64,000 nt of DNA from Chrysomallon squamiferum (GCA_012295275.1 CM022670.1:20274001-20338000), one strand, 5' to 3'; positions 1 through 16,220 are shown, numbered from the stretch's first letter. Numbers and translations: made by a program. The notes: a model not told the origin generated them from the sequence alone.

Positions 1-3000
1 TTATATACTAAAATCGGAAATTCAAATTATTTACACATAATAATCACAAATACACCATTATTATAAACAAAGTTTAGTCATTTCATTAATTTAATTATTA
101 CTGGTATTCAAATATATTCATTTTGTTATTATCAAAAATAATTAATCATCTTTTTAAAAAACAATTATTGAGTACATTTATTGATTTTTTAATTTTTTTT
201 ATCTAATAATTTTTTTTTAAATATTCTTAGTCATTTGTTTGTAAATTAAAATATTTAAATGTTTTGCCCACAGATGAATATATTACTCATTTGTTAAAAC
301 TGATAATGAAATGGGCTTAAAATACATTTGTTAATGTTCAGGATGTTTTTTTGTATTTTTTGTAGCCTTTTTGGAGTTAATTTTATTATCAGTTTGAATC
401 TGTGGTCAAACTACATGTAATATTTATTAAAATATACTTAAACCTCAATATTAATATCTTTAAAAGAAAACATTTTAGATCTATATAAGAATTACTTACA
501 GTTTGCAATAAATATGCCACTTATAAAAAATCCCATGGTGCTAAACTTGAAAACAAGCTACAGTTTATCTTTGCCATTTGTGAAATTCTTAACCAAATGT
601 TTTGACCCTGCATGTAATTATTGATTTAAACTGTTAAGTATATCACTAAATACAATATTTCTTCTTTGCATAAACAACAATATATGTGTGTGCATATGTG
701 TGTGTAAAAATTGAGATATTCCTTTTGTTCTCTGTCTTGTATAAAAATCAACCACATTTAAATAGAATCACAGAACTTGTATATGCATTAACACCCTGTC
801 ACACAACAACAGTAAGGACAATGAGCCGTTAAATAAAGCTGTGTTGAACTGTAAATTGAAAAGGTTTTGACCCTGGTGTCATCAAATTTGTCATCATGAA
901 GATCTGCAAGATGTCAAAGCCTATCAGTCAATGCTTCACCAAGTCTTCTGATAACTCGCCACATTGAGAGTCTATCTCTTAAACTGTTTAAATGCAAATT
1001 GCCAAAAGATGCGGTGCACACACTCCGTGTTGCTGCAACTGATGTTGTTTGTCTGTCAGGTTGATGTCTGGTTTGTGTCAAGGTACAGCGCTGCAGTAGC
1101 AGTGGAACCTGTTATACAGACTGTTGAAACTTTACATGACTTTATCAGCTATTTCTGTCACTCTCTGACATTATTGGTCTCCCATGCAGTGTGTCTGATT
1201 GCTGCTGTGATAGCCATTAACTTCCAACACTTTTTAAGCTCTTCTCATGTACATTTAATTGCTAGGATGATTAATTCCTGAGTTATTTAAGCGTCCTGAA
1301 ATATTACTGAATTCTAATTTCTGATGATTTTCAGAAAAAGGCAGAGAAAAAAAAACAAAGATAATCTAAAATCTATATTTAAAAAAAACAAATGTTAAAT
1401 ATTCCAAAAATGAAGAACTTTTAAACAAAAATTACTTCAAGGTGTCGTCATACTTGTTTTATCTTTTGAAATTTCACAAATTTCTAGAAAGTGATGTAAT
1501 GCAGCATAGATTTCAAGATTTTCCTTATTACTTATAAAAAAATTAAAAAGTCAGTGTAATTGTTTTGCATACTACACCAATTTGTTTTGGTATCAGGATT
1601 TGATCCAAGCAGATCTCAGACTTAAAGTTAACTATGTTCATACATTTATTTCTTAGCCCTTCTCCGAAACTGAAATAAAAGAAAATGTTCTGAAACTGTC
1701 ACAGTAAATATTGATTTAATGTTTAAAACTGATAAGGCCAATATTTGCTTGTAGATTTCACGGGTGGATCCAGGTGTGTGTGTTGTAGCTTAAACATATC
1801 ACATTTACCTTCTTCAAGGGACAGTATTTCCATCTTATTTAATCAGAAAGACACAAAACACAGGACTTTTATGGATCTGTTTTTCTTTTTCTTTTTCACT
1901 TTGTTAAGTAATTACAGTAGTTTAATGGCTCTGGGAATTAAATTCAGATAAAACCCACTGCAGTCTGTCTTGTTCATCAGGGGAAATCATGTGCAATGAA
2001 ATTTATTGAACAAGGTCCAGAGGAAATCTTGGAGCATGAAGTATTTGAAGAAAATAATATAATTTGTCTCCCTTCTGGTTACTGGGTTTCACTTTTAATT
2101 GTTCTACTTTATTCTTTTAAGTTGATTTTTAACTAGCAATTTGCAATTGCTTAATTTAATATTGCTAGACATGGGTACTGATAAAGCTAGTATTTTACTA
2201 TTTTCGAAAAATACTATAGCTGGATAGATGTTTAGATGAAAAACTGGATAGATGGATGGATGGATGATTGTATGAATAGAGATACATGCTGGGAGATTTT
2301 TGAAAACTAAATATGTTTCTGTGCTTATGCTTCTCTTAATAGTTTAATAACAGTAAATGGCAGCACAGATTATAATCTTAAAATAGAAAAACAATAATAA
2401 CATATATGGCTTTTTTTTTTGGCTGCAAACTACATCATAAGAATTTTCTGCAAATTTATCAGGAAAAGATTTTAACCAAAGCTTTATTATTTAAAGAAAA
2501 CTGTAACCTGTCATTTAAATGCCTCACTCAGCTTTTATTGCGCTTACAAAACAGATGTTTCTAATACTTGTAGTAATATCTGCATACATATATAATGTTA
2601 AAAAAAGAAGTTTTAATCTGTAGACATATCTCTGTTAATTGAACCATATCTCGTGGCCTATGTCATCAAAGCAAAGTGTGTGTAATAACTATCATCTACA
2701 GACGATATATCACAGCTAATCATGTGTTACAGTTAATATAGTGTGAGGTGGTCACCCCTGCAGGCCTTCCAGCCATAATGCAATATGTTTTATGTGTTCC
2801 AACAAGTCAGCCCACAGACCACCAAGGGTTAGGCTGACCTCCTCTGTAGAAAGGTGATCATTTTAATGATTATGAATTGATGTGTATCTTATCTGCATGA
2901 AGACCAGATCTCATTTCAAATATATTTAAAAAAACTAAAAACAACAACAAAACAATAACAAAAACAACAGTAGAACTAAGAAGGCCTCCATATAGATTTG

Positions 3001-3366
3001 TATTTATTAGAGTATGGATCCAGAAGCAATTTTGTTAATTTGTAGAATGTGATCTACAAAAATATTGTTTGCTTATAAGTTTTATATTCAGAGATTTATT
3101 GTTTTTATCAAAATAAGATCAAGAATGAAATGGTTATATACAGACAAATATAGAAAAACAAATATATATATATATATAAACTAGGATCACATATTAATGT
3201 ACATAGATAAATATATATATTCCCCTATATCATCATTCACCAATTAGCCACTTTTTGCTAGGCTGAGGTGTCATTACTATCAAATTATTAAATATTCTAT
3301 CTTACAGTCATGTACATAGATACATACACACATACAGGGACACATGCCTATACACATATACCTACA

Positions 3367-3403
<37 letters not shown>

Positions 3404-4127
3404 ACACACATTCACTTTCAAACACATACACAGAACAACTTGGCCAACTCTAACCAAAACTATCTTTTCTTGTTAGCACTGATGACTGTTTATCTTGCAG
3501 CCGTCCAGGTCTATCTAATAGACACATGAAAGTACTTGTTTTTATGTGATGGCAGCACCTTACCAGATGTTGCTGCCCTTCTAGCACTCCATTACATGCT
3601 ACGTCATTTGTAGCCACAACCTCGCTCACGCACTGCTCGCATACCGCTCACACAATGCTCAAACAACCATGCAGATGTGAGGTGGCCATGTTATCGGGGA
3701 ACTCTGATAAGACTTGATTGAAAGTTGATTTGCCAAGAGATTTAATGAGTCCAACTGACAGAGCTAATTGAGGTCTTGTGACCTAAACTTGACAGGGAGA
3801 AATTTTAATTTACTATTTCAGCCGCCATCAAAGAGCCATGTTCAAAAATTAGTCTTGTTTGTGTCAGTGACATATTTTGAAGATCACTGGCCGTAAAATA
3901 ATAAATGAAATTAATATTGGTTTTGGAAAATTTGTTGAGGCTTTCGTCTGCTCCGTTGACATGAAGCCATTAAATATCAGAACGTTTGAAATGTGTTGTC
4001 ATAAAGCTGTTATTAACTGAAACATTTTTAAAGAATTGTTAATGTTTTAAATAATTGATTACAGTTTTGTTCTTAGCTTTATTTTACTTGTGCAGCTAAT
4101 ATTAAAAAAAAAAAAAAGAAGAGAAGT

Positions 4128-4159
<32 letters not shown>

Positions 4160-4708
4160 TTATTATTATTATTATTATTTATTGGGGTCTTTTTATGATT
4201 ATTTTTCTCTGTTTTAAGACAAAATTTATGAATGTTTAAAAACATTTTTTTCTTTCTTTTTTTCTACAACCAAATGTGATTCATCACAAAAAGCAAGTGA
4301 AGTGCTGATTTCACTAATATTTCATGGACATGTTTTTCTTCTAAATTTGACCTGAGCATCAAGCTCTTTTTATTGTTTGCTTATCTATAAAGTTAATATT
4401 TTTTGATTGACAACTGTTGTTTTGCTTGTTATGCTAAATTTCTCTTTGATGGGTATGGGCATTTGATTTCCTGCTTGTACACACACATGTATACATTAGT
4501 AAATATTTATTACTATTTAATAACAGAGCAATATTAATCAGTATTGTCTCAGTTTCAAAATAATTTTTTTTATTTCATGACACATGCTGTGTATTTAATC
4601 ACATGATTGTTCATCTTTGACAGTCATTTTGATCTATCACTTTTTTAACATAATGTTAAAAATTAAGTTAATTTTTAAATTAAAAAAAAAATTATAACTG
4701 AACTTTGA

Positions 4709-4749
<41 letters not shown>

Positions 4750-4914
4750 TTATTTATTTAAATAAGTAAATATTTAATGGTTTGTGTATTTTGGTAGAAA
4801 AATAACATTTTTATACATATGTGTGTTGTATAATAACTTCCAAAAAAAAATCATTAAAGTCATATTTTGTTGAAAATAAATACTTACAGATTTTAAAATA
4901 TGTATGGGTCTACT

Positions 4915-4959
<45 letters not shown>

Positions 4960-5424
4960 TAATGTCCTTGGAGGAAGAATTTAAGACTTTTTGTAATAAA
5001 TATTTCTTTAACTATAGAAATATTTTTGAAATGAAATAGATCTATATATGTGCAAGAACTAAAAATGTTTTATCATAACTTGTAAATCTTTTACACATGA
5101 ATTGTAAAAATTAAAAAAACACAAGTAATAATATGGTATTAATTATATAAAAATATCAGTCCTTAAGAGTGAAGAAAAAGAAAACATAATTTCCAGATAA
5201 AAATGTAATAATTTTAATGTAAAATTTCTCACTATCAGTGTTAACATAATTTTAGAGAGATAAGAATATGTGCAGTTCACATGCTGGGAATATTTTCTTT
5301 TTCAGTTGCTTAGACACTTGCTGTGAAAAAAATTCAGTCTCATGTGGTTTTCATTTGCTTAATTATTTGCTTATCATTTCTGCATGATACAGTACCTTCT
5401 TATTGTGATGGATTTGAAAATGAA

Positions 5425-5680
5425 GAGATGGGGAGAATTTGTTGATAGATAGGAATTCATGGAAGGAATCACTGTTAAATGGGAAAAGAAAGGGATAGTA
5501 GGAATTGCTGATAAACTGAAAAAGAAGGGATGGGGGAATCATAATAGATTGAAAAGAAAAGGACAAGGGGACTTGGTGATGGATTTTAAAAGGCATGATA
5601 GTGGGGAAATGTTGATAGATTGAAAAAAACAAAAAAAGGAATAGGGGCAATTGCTGATGAAAGAGAAAGGATTGGGGCAT
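5425..5680. repeat. Purine-rich degenerate ~35-40 bp repeat (ggg.aattg.tgata...gaaaa)
   Basis: About six diverged copies. It accounts for the spurious ORF 5363-5680. Confidence 0.55.
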
Positions 5681-7439
5681 GTGCTGACATGTGTCAGTTC
5701 AGAATGTTATTAATAGATCTTAATGGCTTCTGCATGGTTGTTTCTTATTTTTAGAAGATAATAATTATATAGGGTTAATACTTTGATCTTTTTATTATCT
5801 TTGTGTTTCTCCCTTTTGTCACATTTTTTTCTTTCTGTTTTTCTCTCATTTCTGTTTTTCATTCATCTTGTTACCTTCTCTTTCTTTCTAAAAAAAAGAA
5901 CAACAATAAAAAAGTTAAACCATATATATATATATTTAAATGTAACAATCACATCTTTAACTCTTTCTGCATACAATAATTTGACATAAAGATAAATAAA
6001 GTAAATAACTTTAACACTAAATTCTACTTTAAAAACAAAAGCCCTCAAAACAAATTTATTAAGAGACCAAATACATCTGTCTGACAGTCTTTATCTTAAA
6101 AAAACATTAGGAGTCATCAAAATCTTTTTTCAACCTTTTTTTTTCTCTTCCATGTGTTAACTTTTTTTTTAAATACTTTTTTCTTTTTCTTTTTTTTTTT
6201 TTTTCTTTTCTTTTCTTTATGCTTACTTGCAAAGCTGTGTTGTAAATTGACCATCTGTTTGCAAGATGGAGAAAGATTTTCAGATATCAGGAAAGAAAGA
6301 ATCCACATGCTGTTAACTCTTTTATTTTCTTGGGCAGGGCAGATTTTCTTGAAGGAAAAAATAGGGGGAAAAAAAAGTAGGATTCTTGAGTTCACAAAGT
6401 CACTCAAATTGTGTTTGTTTTTATTTTCACTCTGCTGTGTTTTTAGCAATTTCTGATTTGTTATTAGAGGTTTTAAGTTAGATGCATTCCTTGTCAACCT
6501 GTCAAATGATTTTAATTTGACATGTTGTCAAATAATGTTAATATATTTTGTCAGATGAAGTTAACAGAAAATTCCCATCAGGTTTGTTAAATAATATTTT
6601 TAAAATATGTTTTGACTGGACAGTATTTTTTTTTTAAATACCCTTCATTTCATTTGTTATGTAATAATTTTTAGAAAACATTTTTAGTGTACAAGTTTAA
6701 AAAATAGATGATTAAAATAAAATATATTTTGTCTGATTTGAACAGTAGTATGTTCAAGACATCCTTGAAATAATTATTTTTTATGTTTTAAAAAAAAAAA
6801 AAACCAACAAATTATTTTAAAAATTAAGTAATTTTACTTACCTTACTATTTGTTTTATTTTCTGTCACTTCTTAAAATCAACCATCTGCATAGATGATTT
6901 GTCCAGAGAGCAGTATTACTATTATTTTTTTATTTTTTTTGTTCACATTGTGAAAGTAATTATCAGAAAATATTTTTCATCACCATAACGGATTGGAAAC
7001 TTGGGTATTGATTGATATGAGGAAATTAAATCGCTGAGAGAAGGTGCATGAAGAGAGAAATGGGCGGTTGCTGATCAGCAATGCCTGTCAAGTTTGAACA
7101 GTTTTCTGTATTATTTTGATTAATAGCTCGGCCCAGTACTCACACAGCTAACATATTGAGGGGTTAGTTTCCTGTTTTTAACCAGTTGTTACTGGGAAGA
7201 CATCATACTTCAGTGAAAGGGTACATTAATTGTAAATGTCTGTAAAAGTGAACAAAATTGGTAAATGACTGTAAAAATGTACCAGTCTTTAAGTTACTGG
7301 AAGTTAAGAAAATGTGTGTGAATGACTGATTGTGAAAGTGTACAAAACCTTAAATGATTAAAAAAGAATGTTTGGCTTATGGAGTATTTTGAAGAAATGT
7401 TTCAAAATGTAATCTGCTTTTGAAATGAATATGAAATAC

Positions 7440-7483
<44 letters not shown>

Positions 7484-10308
7484 CTTTTTTTTTTTTTTTT
7501 TTTTTTAATAGTTATTGCCTAGAATTGCCATGAATATAGTATAAATATTCCATAATATGGATCAGAATGAAATATAATTTTTTTTTCTCTTTTAAAAACA
7601 ATCAGTTCTGTGACATATGTAACTTACAAAGTTGGAGTCTTCCCATAAACTCAAGTCTTGTGTTGTTATGAAAAGTTTTACAAGTGGATAATTGTGAACA
7701 AATGTTGCATAACTTAGCTAGCTCTTGGAATGAATATGAAAGCTTTGCAAGTGGATAATTCACTGATGCTTTATTGAGAGGGTAACGGTGATCAGCACAT
7801 GTGGAAAGCACATGTTTTTCTCACAGATCTTTCTGATGAATATGGTTGTGATAGTGTGCGACATTTGTAATTTAGCAAGTCGGAGCACGTGCAGTTGCCT
7901 ACTTGAATTGGCATAGCATGGATTGTACATCCAGACTCTGTCATTCTTTGATGTTTTTTTTCTTTTTTCTTTTCTTTTTTTTTTTCTTTTTTGATCCCTT
8001 TTTTTCTTTTTTTGCCTATCTTTCACCCACTGTATCACAAATACTTTATTCTCAGCATGAATATTAATACATATTTATCGAATTACAAAACATAAGGGAC
8101 ACCTCATTATTATTACTCCCCATTTTTACCCTCTTTCCTGTCCGATCTTTTTATGACAGAAAAACTTACATGTATTTAAAGGTTGTCACATCAGCGGTTT
8201 GCCCCACCGTACACTTGTCCTTATCTAAATTGAAATCTTAATTGTATGATTCACTGGGTCAGACCAATAAGATGGGATTTGTTGTGTAGAAAACCTTGTT
8301 CAGCTCAGCACAAATCAAATTTAGTCATCCGGATAACTACATTGCTCCTTCCTTGTACTTGAGGGAGAGTTTCAAAATGCATGCACAGTAAATGCTGTTT
8401 CTTAAGTGATTCTGCTGAGAAATGGTTTAACTGATACTTCCCAAAAAATTTTAAACATTAATTATAGAGGGAGCCTAGAAACTGCTGGTTTGAAATAAAT
8501 TTATTTATTTTATTTTATTTGTTTATAATATAATAGTATTAAGATATGAGGGCGCCTTTGTTACTTCTTATTTATTTATTTATTTATTTATTATAAATAT
8601 TTTTTTATGTTTATTATTTGTTTTAATATATATGTGTAGTATAGTAGTTATTTTTTCTCATCTTTATTTTTAAATCAGAAAAAAATATATGATTTTTATT
8701 GTTTACAAATTAGTGAATATTGGTGAATATGTATAATTTACTTTCAGAATATATATTTATTTAATATTAAAATTTCTTTGTATTAAAGAAGTTTCAGGAT
8801 TCAAATAGATATGATTCATAAGTGATCAGTACTTTATAATGTTAATGGTTATTAGGTGTTAAACGTTTACATGCTGTAGGTTTTTCACCATTTCACAAGA
8901 TATTTTTATTATTATTATTATTATTATTTTTTTTTTTTTATCTTTGATAATACAAGCATATACCACAGTTTTAAATACATACTGAATTTTGGTTCACTGG
9001 TTGAAATAGGAAAGAGCCCTTTTGGCACATAGAAGAGGACTGATCCTAAAGCCATTGCATCTTAGTGAAATGTTTTATCATTGAATTACAACCCGCTTCT
9101 CTTACTCAGCAAGACAAATCGCTTAGCTAAACTCTTTTATCATGGATGTCATAACTTGAGAACTTTTGAGACGTTCCCCACAGTCTTCTCAGCTCTGGGA
9201 CAAATTCAAGTTGACAGGCTGTGAGTTAGGGGTGAGCAAGCCAGTAAAACAGAGATGATTGGCTAATTAGCCAAGTGTTTGATGTTAAAGTGTTTTACAC
9301 GTGGGACCAAGGCCAGGGACAGTACCCAGGCACAGAGTCTGTTTGGCTGAGTAAATTCGCCTTGATAAGATAATAAGTGCTATTTGCTGGCCAGTTGTGC
9401 TTTATTCAATTAGAGTGACTACCCCTTGCCAATTCTAAGTGATTCAATTAGAGTGACTGCCCCTTGTCAGTGGTGCCACTCCCTCTGGCATTTACAGCAG
9501 ACATCAGTGTTTTTATTTGTTTTAGTCCAGTCCAGGCTGCAGCTGTGCAATCCAGAAATTGTGCTGCCAATCTAATTATCTTATAAGTTAGATCAATCTG
9601 TAATAAAATAAAGATAAAGAAATTAGATTTAGAAGAACAAAATGGCTGTAGTGCTGGCATAAAATTATTATGGGATTGTTAATGGCTATTTGGATTGGTT
9701 TAGAAAAAATGACACATCTGTAAATTGTTCGGCTGCACCATACAGTCCATGAATTTATATTGGACATGCAAAATAATAAACTGGTAATAAACTAAACTTT
9801 TACTCTTTTTTTTTTTTTTTTTTTTTTTAAATAAATAAAACTAGAATGCAAACTAGTGTGTTTTTCTTAAATTAAGGCATAAAAAGAAGCCATTTTACTA
9901 AATGATATAGATATACATCTGTATGAGTATGGTTATAAAGTTTGATGATTAATTCTCATGTCACTTTATTTTTCTCATTATATTTTTTTTATTGTGTCTT
10001 TTCATCTGTCCTTACTTTCATCTTCCTAATACAGTTGTTCAGTGTTTTCTGTTATCTTTTCTTATTTGATCTCCATATTTTTAAATTCTGTTCCTCTTTC
10101 TCTGCAATCCATTTTTTAACATTCTCTCAACTTTTTCTCTCTGTCATTTCCTTCTCTTGCTTTTTTCATGTTCATCTCTCTCTTTTTCTTTCTCTGTCTT
10201 AATCTTTATTGCTGTCAATCTACCCATGTGTATGTGTATTTGTTTCTCTCTCTCTCATTTTTTCCTTTTTACCATTCTTTTTCTGTTTTTATCATTCTCT
10301 TTCATTTT

Positions 10309-10312
<4 letters not shown>

Positions 10313-10356
<44 letters not shown>
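10313..10356. repeat. (CA)n microsatellite
   Basis: Perfect CA run. Similar runs lie near 3370-3410, 13243-13289, 18830-18865 and 29055-29087. Confidence 0.9.
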
Positions 10357-10360
<4 letters not shown>

Positions 10361-10679
10361 AACATATAAACACACATATTCCCACCCATTGTTTTCTTTC
10401 ACCCCCATATTTCATCATGATCTCCCTGATGGAAATGCGACCAACATAATCAGACTAGAGTAATTGGTGAAAGATGTATTTGTTTTAGATATACCCAGAT
10501 AGCACTGGCATTCCATCAATTTCACACAGAAATTACTCATTCTGCCGATCATATCTTGACACATCTACTCAGCCCATGTTGTTTATTACTCTGTTGCACT
10601 GGCTTGTGGTAATTGGAAAGCTTTGATATATAAAGACACAATTAGCACTGACTGAATGCTACACCTAGCATTTTAAAAC

Positions 10680-11335
10680 AAAAGCAATGCAGAGTAATGA
10701 AAAATATTTTCTGATTTTTTTAAAACTCAATTAATGCAGTGTATTGCAAACATATTTTCAGATTTCTTTAAACTAAAGTAATGGAGCATGTTGTAAAAAT
10801 ATTTTCATTTTTGATTAACTCAGCTATTTCAATTATATGTATTGCTGTTTGTATCAGTATAACTAATGCAGTATTTAATTTAATATACTGTAAAAATATT
10901 ATCCAATTTCTTTCAACTTAGATAAATTGCCAAAAACTCTCTCTCTATATATATATAAAGATATATATTATTGGTTTCAGTTTAGAAACAATTAAACTAA
11001 TGCATTGTAAAAATACTATTAATTTAAATTCAAAGAAAGCAATATACTAAAATAATATGTGTATATATGTATACTTTGATGCTTATTCAAACAATATGTG
11101 CAATATATTGTAAAAATATTTTCCTATTCATTTAGACTCAACACAAATTTTTTCTTTAAAAAACCCCAGCTTTGTTTTAAAGAATAATATATTTAAAATA
11201 TTTGTATAAACACAATTTGTGTTACATTTAAACATTTAAACAAAAGTAAATCAAAATATTTTCTTACAGGCTTTAAACAAAATTAATATCATTAACATAT
11301 TTTCCATATTGAAGCAGTATACTGTAAAAAATAAC
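10680..11335. repeat. Old degenerate tandem repeat with core aatgcagtat.ttgtaaaaatattttc
   Basis: About seven diverged copies of the core at irregular spacing. Confidence 0.55.
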
Positions 11336-12410
11336 AACTTAATAATAATAATAATAATTAGTTAAAAAGAAACACAAAATTTAAATCATTTTTCTTGTTC
11401 TTTAAAATATGTTATTAAAATGGTTTTCCTTCATTTAATAATCTTTTTTTTTTTTTAATTAAATTATATTATTAGTTTAAATAAATGAAAAGTACGAGAT
11501 TAAAAAAAAATAACAGGTTTGAAGCAGAAATAATCTTGTATTAGATTAAATTAATCATGTTTACACAAACGTAATGCAGTATATATATATTTTTTTTTTT
11601 CTAAATTGTTTTCATTTAAACAGTAATTATTTTTATTATAATATTTCAGAGAATGGAAAATAATGTTTATCACTTGTGCATGACAAAGTAAAATTGTTTC
11701 AATAATTTAGGCACGCATAATTTCAGTGTGGTTTGTTGGGTTTTATCATGTTTTTTTTGAAGGTTGGAATTAAAATTAATAAATTAACAATGGTCCAAAT
11801 CAAAGAAGTTAAATAAAAATTTTGCTATTATTTTGGAAGTGTTTTTTTGGGTTGCAACTGCAAATTTGATTAATTTATGAAAAATTCTAAATTTCAGAAT
11901 ATTTGAGAAGTATGGTTCTGAATTTAAACATTTCAAACAAGTCATAACAATATGACACTAAGAACTTTCTATATAACAGTGACTGATAACTTCTGAATTT
12001 GAATATTTCTGACAGAGATTTACATTTTTCCATTCCTTAATATCTGAAAATTTCATTCACATCTGTGTGAAATGATGATTTCGTGATTTCTGAGATTTCC
12101 AAACCTTCATATGAAACCTCAGCCGTCATGAGTAAACATGGAAGTTTGGCCAACTAAGATGGAGATTGGTCTGCATGTATTTGTTGAATAGAGGCAAGAT
12201 TTGCTCAAGTCCCTCTCGATCTGGCCATCAATTGGTGATGTGACCCGCCTCGTCTCAGTGGGATAAAAACATCGAAAAGGATTAAAGCCCATATTGGCAA
12301 GAGCTTTAAACCAAAATGGCCAGAAATGTCAACAAACAAGAAAAATGTGTATGTGATTTTGACTGACAGAAGAAATCTGTCAGTGAACTAATATCCAATT
12401 TTTATTTTTA

Positions 12411-12443
<33 letters not shown>

Positions 12444-13239
12444 CTGCATCTTTCTTCTTCATCATCTTTTTTTTATTATTATTATTATTATTATTTTTAG
12501 CTGGAGGGGTAATATATCTTTTTTTTTATGTGGACAATATTGACAGTGCACAGACATTAGTAGACAGACCTCTCTGCCCCTAATTCTTTCAGCGAATGAG
12601 AGAGCAGGGCAGATCAATAGTGATTAGGGGGAAACAGGCTTGGAAATTGATTGAAATAGACAACTTGTGATTTTGCAACACGTTTGGGTCTGGAGGGTCA
12701 AGTAGCAGTAATAATAATTTATCACTGTGGCTTTTGAAAAACATCCGTTTTGTAATAGATTGAAGCCAGCATCTTCAGTCGTTGTCTTTGCCAGAGTTCC
12801 TATTGATTATTTCCACTGCAAGTTTAATGTTTTGTCACAGACTTCATGTGGTTATTTTTAGGCATCTCTGTTTTTTTTTGTTTTTTTTTAAATTATTGAG
12901 ATAAATATAATAAATCTTAAATGTTAAAATTAGATGATTATTATTTTTAACAGTCTAATTATTAGTAGGATTATCAAATGTTAAACTAGCAAAATAGGAA
13001 TTGATTTGTCCATCAAATTCCTTTTATTCTTTTTTTCTCTAAATTTAAGTAATATCAAAAGGAATGTATTCACTTATTTCCGATGTTTCATATTAAATAA
13101 CTAAATCATTTTATTAACTAGTAATAGAAGAAAGAATGATAATGAAACCAGAATATGTTTGTCTTATACAAATACAAATTCTAACATTTAAATATATACA
13201 TACACAGAAACATGTTTTCTATCAGACACAAATACCACA

Positions 13240-13294
<55 letters not shown>

Positions 13295-15851
13295 CATTTT
13301 AATAGATTGACAAGTGAACAGATGACAGGAGAATTACACTGAGGCTTGTAGATTGTTATTTAATAAAGACAGGAATCATACAATGATCTTCACAGTAAAT
13401 CCATGCTTGTGCCAATGAGACAACTTAATTCTTCCATTATGACCTCAAGTACTGACAAATTATACTCAGGAGTAGGCTTAGTACTTTCATTATTAGCAGT
13501 AATCTCACAGGGAGAGGATTTTAGTGCAAGCCCATCCTTAAGTAGAATTGTTTTATTTGTAATTATGGTAAGAACATCAACCAACCATTGTTACTGTATT
13601 TATTGGAAGTTCATTTCATTGCAGATGATATGATTTTGAAAAAAAAAAAAAATGATATGGTTTTATACAGATTTTTCTGATTTTTACTTTGTCTTTGTGT
13701 GTGTTTTAATTTAGTATCAAAATTTTCTACAAAGTTAATTGTATGATTAATTTTATATTAGAAAAAAAATTGGTAGTCTGGAAATACTAAATTATTTTAA
13801 CATAAAAAAAAAACTAAAAGTAAGTATTCATATATTTTATGTATAATATATTTGGTATTATTTTAATATTATTTTTAATCTTATCCATACCTATAGGATT
13901 TATAGGATTTTCTTATCCAAATATTTGTGCTATTTAATTTTTTAATTCAATAAAAGATTCATAAACAATACTCCAGAGCATATCAGGAAGGATTTTAGGA
14001 GTTCTGTACCTCCCAGTTCAAAATAAGAAACTTTGTTATCATTATTTTTTAAAGGGGTTATCTGGATGTCTAGGAAACAGTTTTCTCTATCAAGAATTAA
14101 AGTAAATAATATGTACACATAAAAACAATGAAAAATAAGGATTACAAAACATAAAAATGTCATTAGAATATATAATTTTCAAACAGTAATATTAAATTTT
14201 GTTATGCTCCTGTTAGTATCACTATTGCTTCTATAACTATTGTCACTGCTATGACTACTACTGTTACTGTCATTACTATAATTCTACTACTACTCCTATA
14301 TTATCACTGTTACTTCTCTCTACTAATATACTTAAAACAACAGTCAACAGTATTATTTCATTCTCTCATTGTTCTTTTCATTTATTCATCAAACCTCCAC
14401 TACTGCATTCTCCCCTCATTTGTCAAAGCTATCCAGCACATCGCAGCCAGCCAACAATTACTGTACATTATTACTGGTCATTAGCCAGTTTTCAGATTAA
14501 GATTCGGATATTTGCCTGCAGACAGTCGTTTTCTGTGGAAGACCAACCCCAGGCAGACCATTAGAGAAGAGAGTGTTGGAGGCCTTTCTAGTAATAGCTG
14601 TTTCCTGTCACTTTGTTAACTCTTAATTAATTTAACAATGAATAATGATGGAGCAAGGTGATAACCCTGCATGACAAACAAAACATTTAAAAAAAAAAAA
14701 AAAAAAAATTGCCCATTAAGGAAACGAGAAAAAGAAAGAAAGAAAAAAAGTAATTGTGTTTGAATGAATTGTGTTTTTATTCTTTCTACATTATTAGTAT
14801 TTTTTGAAATTTGGTTTTAGTTACTTTTTATCTTTTTATTTCTGGGGCTTAAGTTAATTTTCTTAATTTTCTTCTTCTTCTTATTATTATTATAATTATC
14901 GTTGTTATTTATTTATTTTATATATTATTATTATTTTTTTTTTTTATCTTTCAAACTAAGCCTTTATCACAGATATGTTTACTATTACTTCTGTAAATGA
15001 CAAAAAAAGAAGAAGAAAAAGTTAAATACTCATCATCGTTTTCCTATTTTAGCATTAAAGTATTCTTTTTTTCTTGAATTTTGACCCCAGACATATTAAT
15101 CTTTTCTGTTAAGAATGTTTCAGCCATGCTTATTTTGTATCAGATTTCACTTCATCAGACTTGGTTTATCATTAGTTGTATGTAATGAGTCTGTATAATT
15201 GTTTTACTATCATACAGCTATTGTATTCCAAGTAGTCATGTAAATGTATCTTATTAATTATTTTGATGACTTTATGGGGACCCATAAATTATTCAGAATC
15301 TTTAATTTTGTGTGTATTTTTTGGATGTATGTCTGTTGTTTGTTGTAGGTTTTATTTATAAAACTGTATAAACTCTACTGTTAAGGAGTTGTTATTTTTT
15401 TATTTCTTATTTTAAATTGTTATAAAAAGTAATTTATTGTTCATATTAAACAGTAATAACTGAACAAAAGAAAATAAGCTTTCTTCTTCTTGAAGTGTTT
15501 TGAGTTAATCACTTCATTATATTATTATTTTTCAAAATATATCAAACATTACACTCATGTGCACATGCAGGCACAATGTATGTATGCACACACACAGACA
15601 CAGAGACAGACACAAACACACATACACACACTCACACACACACACACACACACACTAACACACTCACATATATACATATATAAATAAATAAACACCCATC
15701 CAAACACATAATTAAATAAAAATGTATTATTTTGCTGTCTGTTTATTTCATTATTAGTTACTTAGTTAGTTAGTTTTATTATTGTTTTCTTCTTTTAAAT
15801 TTTAATTTTTTAAATGTTTATTTTATTTAAAAGTAAAAAATTTAAATTTAA

Positions 15852-16220
<369 letters not shown>

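Noticed and set aside
3620-3650. TCACGCA as a Pax6 paired-domain site
   Set aside because: Only the half-site matches, which is not enough to support a call.
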